Of a stretch of DNA of 51,892 bases, positions 38,937 to 51,892 are shown piece by piece. Position 1 is the stretch's first letter; the number at the start of each line of letters is the position of its first letter. Origin of the DNA: Bigelowiella natans CCMP2755 (Eukaryota; Protista; Cercozoa); NCBI GenBank assembly GCA_000320545.1, contig ADNK01001010.1:1-51892 (forward strand). The letters run 5' to 3'. The notes under the pieces were generated by a model. The model did no database searches, was not told the origin of the DNA, and saw nothing but the letters and a program-made list of their open reading frames with translations. The translations under genes were made by a program, and so were the position numbers.

Positions 38937-40822
38937 TATATGTACGCATACACGAACAAGGGAGAAAAGACGTGGGTAGAAGTTGCCAACCTTCTTACAG
39001 GAGATACACTGATGATCTTAATCCTTCCATGATCACTAATTCGCCTCGCCTCTCCCCGCATTTCCCCCTCTTCTTCGCAAATGCAGGCGAGGATGTTCGG
39101 AACGAGCCGCAACGACCCAACGAAGCCAGAGGCCTTGTCGGGATTATCTCCATACCTCCATTTTGGTCAAATCGCCCCTCAAAGGGCTATTCTAGAAGCG
39201 TTTGAGGCAAAGCGAGCTTCAAAGAACTCCAGCCTCAATGAGTCCTTTGACGGTTTCATCGAGGAGGTACAACGTCGCTAGTTAGCTAGCAGTAGACGCC
39301 TCCTCCTCACCGAGTACACTACTCAGTGTTAAGTTTGTCCTCAGCGCACGCAAACATATGTGTGGGTACTTGCATGCTCACATGCTACTGTTACTACTAC
39401 TGCTACTACAACTTCTACTACTACTGCTACTACTGCTGCTACCTCTACTACTCTTTGACATGTGTTTTTAACATCCCGCTGGCCATCTCGTCACAGGCCC
39501 TCGTGCGGCGTGAGCTGAGCGAGAATTACTGTTTCTATAACCCTGACTACGACAACCTTAACGGGTGTTGGAACTGGGCTAAGACCACGCTCGAGATACA
39601 CTGGGACGATAAAAGGAAGAAGGTACTAACTAGCCTTTAACCTCGAGCATATTGAAGAGGAAGAAGAGGAGTGACGAAATATGGCTCAGCATCCCCCCCC
39701 CCCCCCCCAAAGCCACAATGAACGAATAAAACCGATGTACACGCAACACACACCATAGGAGTACAGCCGAGAGCAACTTCAAGAAGCGAAGACACACGAC
39801 GGTCTTTGGAATGCAGCACAGCAGGGAATTCTAATTGATTAGTCTGCTTGCTTATCGTTTAAGCAGATTCGTTAATATTCTCCGCTTCTTCATGGTTCTC
39901 TCGCCTCTTAATCTTGTCCGGTCTCCGTAACTCTCACCTTCCTGATCTACTGCTCTTTCCCCTCTTAACGGGTGTCATCATCGGCATAATGCTGTTGCCT
40001 CCGCATCATATACAATAAAACAACAACAACAATCACGCAAATCAGGAGCTTGTCTATAAGGGCAAGATGCACGGGTTCATGCGGATGTACTGGGCGAAGA
40101 AGATCTTGGAATGGAGCGCCAATCCAAAGGAGGTGCGCGGAATATACTAGTGGGGATTCAGCGGCACGATGATCTTGGGTCTTGTGATGTCGCGCCCTTA
40201 GAAGGCCGAACATGGGACGTGGATCATCGTCGGTGTTGCTATCTGCCAATTAGCCTTGCTTCACCAGTTTAGAATTAGAATCCTCTCTGATGCGCATTCA
40301 TTCAAATGTGACGAAATCAATGATGGGGGGGGGGGGGGGCGTGCTATTACACAGACGATGACGGCATGTATGGCAACGATGATCATGATAATGATGCTGA
40401 TGATGATGACAATCATCCCTGCAGGCAATTGAGAACGCTATATATCTCAACGACAGGTGGTGGCAGTGGTAGTGGTAGTAGTGGTAGTGGTGTTGATGCA
40501 AGGACGGGGGAAAATAAATAACAATGGGCTTCAAATTATTTAATTTGTTTTTCCTCTGCCATCTTGTGCTCAGCAGCTGTACTTACATGCACCTCACGTG
40601 ATCAGATATTCTCTTGATGGAAGGGACCCCAATGGATATGTCGGGTGTATGTGGAGTATCGCTGGAATCCATGATCAGGTGGAAGGGGGGGGGGGTGCGG
40701 GGTAAAAGAGAGGGGGGACAGAAAATTAGATCACAGTTTGAAGTGAATGGCAGAGTAATTTTCCAGTCATTTTTGCGTTTTAAGCGATAAGGAGAAGAAG
40801 CGTGTCTCAATGATGATGATAT

Positions 40823-40867
<45 letters not shown>

Positions 40868-41225
40868 ATGAGACAGAGAGAGATGATGAATTCATTCATT
40901 AATTTATTATCGATATGACCATCCTGAGAACGTTTTTACGGTATCAAAGGGGTGGAAGGAGCGACCCATCTTTGGGAAGATACGATACATGACTTACGAC
41001 GGGTTGTTTATAAAGAGTCTTTTGTCAAGAATGATGATAGAGACCGCATGGCTGCTCAGTTCATCATAACGGCTCCTGATGTTTTCCCAATGCGATGAAC
41101 TAATGATATATGATTTCACTCTCCTTGTTGTCCTAATCCTTTCCGTTTTCTGTTTTTGTAGATGCAAGCGAAAATTCGACATCGGTAGATACATGGTCGC
41201 AATGCGACGTCTCATCCGACGGTGA
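34362..41225 (+). CDS. Class II CPD photolyase with N-terminal TFIIS-N (TND)-like domain
   Basis: Photolyase exons: [23 protein letters not shown]; [10 protein letters not shown]; LVGDFSPLK; [25 protein letters not shown]; [26 protein letters not shown]; [17 protein letters not shown]; [10 protein letters not shown]; [18 protein letters not shown]; [43 protein letters not shown]; stop TGA 41223-41225. Upstream exons 34865-34906, 35122-35184 and 35292-35451 give [53 protein letters not shown]. The junction at 35563-35625 is ambiguous (see findings). Confidence 0.9.
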
Positions 41226-42642
41226 AGTAATGAACGTGACATTAAACGTTAATTATACTTTCACTGGCGTCGTTGATATATAAATACGGTGGCCGAGCAA
41301 ATCTTATCACCATTTAGGATTCGGCAACTGTCCATTTGTCATGATGCATCTGTAAATGTCATCGCATTTGTTGTATAACAGTGCATCATTGCATCACTGT
41401 TACTAGCAGCGATGCTACATGCAATTGAATGTTGAAAGTGTAGTTGTCGCCTGTATTGCTAGCTATGCACATAGATGACGCCCATGCGTGCCACAGAAAT
41501 GAAAAAGGAAGGTAGACGACGACGCCGTACTGATCCCGTGCAAGAAGATGGTTGCCTTGACCCAAAGCTCTGACTTGAGTGTTCATCGTGGTGATGAAGA
41601 ACCTTGATGCGAATGTGTGTGGTTGTGCTTCGCCGCACTCATCTCGACATTCACAGCGCGCCATGCTAGCATAGCATGCAGCAAGCTTGCGCAAATGTGT
41701 GCAATGAACTGGCTAGCTAGTGAAGCCATGTGAAGCCATGCAGCATGGGAACCAGTGCTGCACATCTAGACATGGCAAGTGTGCAACCGCACGGTGAAGC
41801 ACGCACCAACTCGCACGCACAACACAGAAGCTCTGCCAGGTGAGCGCTCGCAACAAGGGGCGGCACGTAGTTGGTGCTTGGAGATTGGTCGATCGCATCT
41901 CACGTTCTCCGGAGCCAGGTCGATCTGGCATCGACCGTTGAGAGCACATGCACAGCGCAAACATCAGGTTGGAGTTTCTGTCACAGCAGATTGGCAATGC
42001 AAATGCCACAACGTTGAACAAGATTTCGTGCCTTCTGGCGTTCTTTGCAGACAGGCTGCAACAAGTCTGGGGCGAGCAATCAGTGCCAATCCAGCAATGA
42101 AAGCAGAGAACACAAAAGGAAGGTTCACAATTCTGGAGTTCACAAACTAGCAAGGCGAGATGCCCGTCATGCGAACCCTGCAGTGCGCAGCACGTCTAGC
42201 TAGCTAGACATCATTGCAGTGATGCAATCGAGTGCCTCCCTGTGTCCACGTGATGATGAGAGTGCGCACTCGTGGTGTTGTGACGACGTCGAAATGACAG
42301 CAACGACGCCAGGAAAACCTTGTTACGAAGACAATAAAAATGATGATGAAAAACAACGTTCCCAAAGTGTGGCAACACTTGCAATGCACGAAACGCAGTG
42401 CCTCCAACTAGCTCCAGTGAGGACTAACTGATTGTGGTGAACACCTCCGCCATTGCGTCCAGGAAAGAAAACACGACCCACAATGTCGACACAAAAACAT
42501 CGTATTTTGTGCCTGCGACATCTCACATCCATGTCGCTAATAAAAAACCTCAACAATATCTGCACGCACCGCTCTGGCAGAGGCGAGTTATTGAGGGAAA
42601 ATCACATCTAAGTTGCGAAGAAATCGTTGTCGCTAAATAAAT

Positions 42643-43273
42643 ATGCAGGGATATGGTAGTATTTTTTCCATCGAGCCATACCGAACTTTCAGACATTTTA
42701 TTTCCCACTTTTGGCCAGAGCGTTCTTCGTTCGCCGAATCAATCACAACCACCCCAGGAGGGAAGAGAAGAACCGCAAAAACTTTCGAAGAGTAGTAGGA
42801 GGAAAGATATGCTGCGATCGGATGATACCGATAAAGGGGCAAAGCGCACAGAGCATGAAGACCGTTTTGATCGGCAGCTAAGGTCCCTCCCAAGAGAGAA
42901 TACGGCAATGATTTGTATCCTGACAGAGTGCATGTTTACCATTGCTATAGGCTGTGGGGGTCTCACGGGCAGAAGTTTCTAGAGTCCACTCACATTTGTG
43001 CCTTGGGCTCCGGTGCAACAATTTCGGAGATGCTGAAGAATCTAGTCCTGCCCAACATATCGCAATTTACCATCATTGACGATGCAACTATCACCGAAGA
43101 GGACAACGGCAATAACTTTTTCGTCTCGGAGGTAATAACTGACGCGTTCTTCCGCAATAATCTGAAGACGCCCACCCTGCGTTCGCATTTGCAACGCACG
43201 TATATGAAGAGAGAGGGGGGGAGGGGGGAGAGAGAGAGAGAGAGAGCGCGCAATCAGAAGAGCTGATATTAAC

Positions 43274-43321
<48 letters not shown>

Positions 43322-44354
43322 CCTGTATAGCAGTAGCTCGACCGCATACATTCCTTCCTCTGTTGTTGCCCACAACTGTAGGATGATATTGGCAAGCCCC
43401 GAGGGCAAGTTGTCTGTGCAAACCTGCTTGAAATGAACCCTTGGGATGAGAAGCAGCAGTTTGGTGTGCGTGGTCATTTCATCAATCAGGTAGATTGTCG
43501 TCGGTGTAGTTGTAGTAGCTTTGCATGCTGCGTAAGGACCAACGCTACAAACATGTAGTACATCCTCATCTCCTCCTCCTCATGTGTTTGTCAGAGTCCC
43601 GAAAAGGCAATCGCAGAGAACATTGATGCCTTCAAGAAGTTTGATATCGTGGTGGCCACAGAAATACACGATAAGCCGATGCTCCAGGTATTATACTGCG
43701 CAGATGAAATATCATCGAAACAAGAAAAGTTGTACATTATTTTACATTTATTTCCCCCGTCCCCCTCCCTCCCGTCTCCTATTACCCAACGTTCAGCTGT
43801 CAAATTTCTGCTACAAGCATAACATTGCCTTCGTCCTCATAAGAATCCATGGGCTTTTAGGGTAGTATTGTCTAATCCGAAGTAGTAGAAGTAGTAGAAG
43901 GAGTGATGGGAGTTGTAGTAGCAGTAGTAGTAGTAGTAGTAGTAACAGAGCAGTAGTAAGATGATCAAGCAAAGGAAAAGCAACTATGAATCATATTTTC
44001 ACGATTTGTTTGCCTACCTTTATGGACGCAAGGCCATGTTCATTTATTCACACACCGTCTTTTCTCCTCTTTCTCTCCCCTCTTTTATTAAGATACATCC
44101 ACTGGTCAATGAAGGAGCATTGCAGTTAAGTGAACCCTACGACGTGCAAGCATTAGCTTGCTGCAGTTGTTTATAGTACCTTGTTTCAAATCAATTATTA
44201 CACGTTATCATCATCATCATCATCATTGTGATTATCAGTTGAGGAGACCCATCCCTCTGACGAAGACGTTACGGATGTTTACTTGCACGAGGACCAGCTC
44301 CGAATCTTCCCAGAATATGCGAAATTCGTCCAAAGTTTTGACTTCAAGCAGGTT

Positions 44355-44400
<46 letters not shown>

Positions 44401-44444
44401 CACACACACACCCCTCCACATCCGTATATTATTTTGTGCGCAAG

Positions 44445-44486
<42 letters not shown>

Positions 44487-45202
44487 TGTATGTAGATGTA
44501 AGTGTAGGTGTAGGTGTGCATGTTAAATGCTATTGAGCAGCCTATCCCCCCCCCACATTCGTCGGACAATTTTCATGCCCTGCATACGTCGTCATACTGA
44601 ATTATTGCATCCCAACCGACGATCGATATTGAATAGATTCGAAAAGACCCACACCACCACCGGCACGTGCCATGGCCCGCGATTGTGTATCACCAACTGC
44701 AAGAATGGAAGAAAAAGGTAGGGAGGGGTAGGTAGATAAGCGGGTGGCGGAAGCATGCATGCAAATAGTTTCCTGGATTACAGCTCAACACGACGATTCC
44801 TCCCGTATCTACAGAAAGACGGGGCCACACCAAAGACTTGGAAAGAGAAAAGCGAGTTTAAGCAGCAAATCCAGGCAGCCGCCCTCGTATACCATGAGGA
44901 GATGAACTTTCACGAGGCGGTAGGAACGATGTTTGCGTGTCAAAATATTTTCTTTTGAAAGTCGCAAGTAACGTCGCTGCCGTGATGGCGATGATGATTG
45001 ATTGTTGTTATTAAGATGATCTTCATTGGCAGGTCCGGAATGCTCACAAGGCATGTGCAAAGCCTACTCTCACCTACGAGCTTACGAAGGTGTTGGCCGA
45101 CGACTCCGCCAAGAAGCTTACCAGGTGCTGCTGCTGATATTTTCGTCGTTGCCATTGTCGTTGTTGTTGTTGTTGTTGTTGTTATTGTCACTTGCCTTAA
45201 AA

Positions 45203-45233
<31 letters not shown>

Positions 45234-45558
45234 CTTCGATCGGAATTCATCTGTTGAAGCCGCTCTTACCCTCCTTTCGCATTGTACTTAATGCCCCCCC
45301 CCCTCCCCCCCGCTCTTCTCCCTCCTCTTTCACTTGATCACGAACAGCAACACGAAGCCATTCTGGTTTGTGATTCACGGCATCATAAAATTCATGGAGA
45401 AGGATTCGCAGGGGTAAGAGAAATGACAGGATGATGTAATAGATGAATGCACTACTCAAATATAGCTGGGAGAACAAACAAAAGAGGAGGAGGAGGAAGA
45501 CGGGGGCGGTTGGTATTTCTTCCAACAACAGTGCTTATTTTGAGATGATGGCGATGAT

Positions 45559-45589
<31 letters not shown>

Positions 45590-45674
45590 TGCGTCTTCGA
45601 AAACAATAAACGAACGATAATCTCTTGATGGTGGTGTGAGAGAAATGAATGACACTCTGTAATAATATACATTT

Positions 45675-45742
<68 letters not shown>

Positions 45743-48094
45743 GTGTGTGTGTGTGTGTGTGTGTGTATTCTCAGGTTCTTACCAGTATGCGCTTCCATCC
45801 CTGACATGACCTCGTTGCCAGAGATGTGAGTAGTATTATAAGTCTAATCTACGGTGTTTCTTTGACTAGTAGTACACTGCCTCATCGTCTCCTCCTCCTC
45901 CTCCACGTGTTCCTCAAAGGTACGTGAAGCTACAGAAGCTATTTCGCGCTCGAGAGAGGCAGGATTTAGACAAAATCACGGCACACGTCAATGCGGCGCT
46001 GGAATCGGTAGTATTGACTGATTTATTATTCGTGTGTTCTTCGATGGGCGGGGGATGATAATTTTATTATGCTGCTGCTGCTCCTGCTGAGGATGGTGCC
46101 GATTGATGGGAAAGAAGAAGTGAGGCGAGCATGAGTGAAACAAGGAAAGGAGGGGGATCTTTTTTTAAGAGTATGTTTGACGGGGTGATGTGCACTAACT
46201 AAACCCACCACCAAACCACTCGCAGAAACATTTTATTGCAAACAAAAAACAAACAAAAGCATACCGAATTGAATTCATCTGAAAGGTGGGCAAGGAAAAA
46301 GGCAGCATTTCCACCGACTACATCGATCGCATCGGTTGGAAGCAACACACACACATACACACACACACTTACAATATTATGAAAATACTCTTTGTGAGTG
46401 AACATTCGTACTAGGTTCTACTTCTCTCTAGTCTATGCATCTCTTCTCTCTAATCCTCCCTCCCCTCCCCTCACTATTTCAATTGCAATTATGGTAATGA
46501 GCATCCTCTTGACCGCTACTTCTCGTCTCTCCTTTGGTCGCAGCAAAGCACATACGGACTGTGTCTACAGTGCGGTGCCAGAAGATTGAAACCGCCTACG
46601 ACGCAAAGCAATCGAATGCAGATGATCTCAGTGAGTTATAGCAAGATAGCATTGCAAACGCTACACACAGTGATACACCTGCCTCTAACCCCTTCCACAC
46701 AAACACCTCCCTGCCCACGACTGATGATGATATCGTCGTCCGTCGTCGGGGTGGTGGTTTTCCTTGCTGATCAGATGAGATCTTCAGCGAATGGGAGGAA
46801 CCGAAGAAGTGGGATGTAGAAGCGGTAATATTACATGAAGGATATATCATAGAATCAAGAACAAATATTTGCTTGAATATTTCCTCCTCCTCTTTAACCA
46901 TCACCACTACCAACACCACCACCTCAGCATCACCATCAACATCATCATCATCATTATCATCGTGATCTTTCACCTCTGCCTTCATTACTCAACCACCGAC
47001 CAATTACCCATAAAAGGACGGCCCCCCCCCCATTCAACCGAAGAACATTTATTGGTACTTCGGCATGAGAGCGGCTGAGAGGTTTCGCACGAAGAAGGGC
47101 AGGTAGTAGTAATTCCAAGCGAACATCAACACCACTGACGACCATGGCATGCCCTTTACCTGCTTCTACACTTGTGATAAGTTGAACTCGATGATGTCGA
47201 TGATGGTGATGATGATGATGATGATGATGATGATTATGAGAATGATGATTACATTCCTTGGTAAAGGTACCCGGGAGCGGGGAAGGAGGAGGATGTAGGC
47301 GACGACACCAAGGCCCTGACGGAGATCATGGTGTGTAGTAGCGATGATAGAGTGCAGTTGAGGAGGAGGGGAGAAGTATCATCAGCTCAACGCAACTTAC
47401 GCTGCTTTCGTCCATCGATGGTCTTTCTTTTCATCTTCGACTTTCCTGATCGCAGCATTTCCCCGTCGTATTCTCCTCCTCCTTCGTCTTTTTCCCTACT
47501 CCCCCCCCCCCCCCTCCCCCCCCCCTTGAACAGACCACTATGTTCAAAGAGTACCACATTCAGTCCAAGATAGAGCCTGCGATTTGCCAAGAGATTGTGA
47601 GATTTGGAGCTAAAGAGGTGGTGGAAAAAGAAGAAGAAGAAGACGAAGAAGAAGAATCCGCTACCATTCTCCAGGATGACGCGGCGATGATGACAATCAT
47701 GATGATGCTGATGATTACGATGATGCTGATAACCGTAGTACACCTAATGCTTTGACGCTCATTCTTACCCGTGGCGACCAACATCTTATCTCCGCAGATA
47801 CACAACACGGCAGCGATGGTGGGGGGGGTGGCTTCGCAAATGTGCCTTAAGCTTATTGTGAAGCAGGTGCGTGTCCATCGAATACATGCAGCAGCAATGA
47901 AGATTGTCGATTATTCGTTCGTGTGTATGTGTTAGGTATTTTCCCATCTCGTATTATAATCGTTAATCCTTATTATTTTTCCTTTCTTGTCGGTGCATCC
48001 TGTCCTTGTTGCTTTTATCCCGCAGTTTACCCCGTTCGATAACATCTTCGTCTTCAATGGGGTCCATTGCACTTCCAACGTTTACAAGTTCTAG
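42643..48094 (+). CDS. NAE1: NEDD8-activating enzyme E1 regulatory subunit (APPBP1/ULA1/AXR1 family)
   Basis: [161 protein letters not shown], stop TAG 48092-48094. First exon uncertain. Confidence 0.93.
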
Positions 48095-49016
48095 TTCTCA
48101 AATCTTTTTCTTGGTGATATCTATGAAGATGCATATGATGCTGGTAATAGTCTTTATTGCAAGCTCACTTTAATGCTGTGTAGCAATGTCTTGATATTGA
48201 CGGTGTCATAGTTACCCATTCTAAAGTTTACATCAAGTAATTTCATGTGTAGTAAGCGTTCACATTTAACTCTAATGCTACACTCACGTATGTATCGTAT
48301 CGCATCGTACATGCATGCCTGCTACGTACACATATCAAGCTATGTGTTCATGTATTTCGTCAATTCCACACAGCAGGTACACAAAAACACATGCGATGAT
48401 TGCAGCCGCTATGCCATGACGCACATTCTTGCATGCAAGCATTAGGTATGCATGTGCTACACGATGCGCACACTGACGCCTATGGACAAGCGCGCATGTC
48501 AGCGTGCATGCCATCTACTTGTGCCGCATGTCTTTCGCACAACGATCTGAATTGTGGCATGTTGAAGTGAAAGGAATCATTTTCATCAATTGCAAAAAAA
48601 CATGAAACGAAACAATCATGAAGAGAAGACACATGGCACACAAGCCTTTTACCTTTTGAAGAAACTTGTTTTTAATGTTACGGTGCCTAGCCTTTTGAGT
48701 ACATCGATGAAGATGCACCAGGAATGCTAGAATGCAGAATGGAAGCAATGAGCGTCCTCTCCTGTGACGCTTGCTTCCCGGAAATTTCCTTCTTGGTGCA
48801 CACATTGCTTTTCTGTTGTCGCAGCCGGAGTGAACACCCACGTCGGCTTGTCGCAGGCAGAAAAAGGGTCGTCATGGAGGGAGAGCTGTCTGGGAATTTT
48901 CTTGATGAATCTACGATGTTGTTGGCTTGTAAATTTATCTAATTTTCATATTAAATAAGTGTGAACGCTTACGACGTTCCCGGCTCGGAATATAGCCCAG
49001 TTCAGGTCGTCACAAA

Positions 49017-51892
<2,876 letters not shown>

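Overview
Eukaryotic nuclear DNA, gene-dense and intron-rich, with microsatellites in most introns. The provided ORF track is mostly intron/repeat noise, so I rebuilt the genes by hand-splicing exons. The style suggests a protist, possibly rhizarian/chlorarachniophyte (inference only). Ten spliced genes are supported: (1) a 5'-partial PNGase/NGLY1-like gene with jacalin-like lectin domains and a C-terminal AZUL zinc domain, whose catalytic-core exons are absent here; (2,3) two convergent RMD1/RMND1 (DUF155) paralogues with different N-terminal leaders; (4) a Sel1-repeat protein with a hydrophobic C-terminus; (5) SAS-6; (6) an RNI-like LRR protein; (7,8) a (6-4) photolyase/animal-type cryptochrome and a class II CPD photolyase arranged head-to-head about 200 bp apart; (9) NAE1/APPBP1; (10) a 3'-partial CAMK-like Ser/Thr kinase. 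The best candidate for an undescribed system is the divergent photolyase pair. Its CPD photolyase appears to carry an N-terminal TFIIS-N (TND/Med26-like) helical bundle, suggesting photoreactivation coupled to transcription elongation or chromatin. Exon boundaries are manual and need RNA-seq confirmation.
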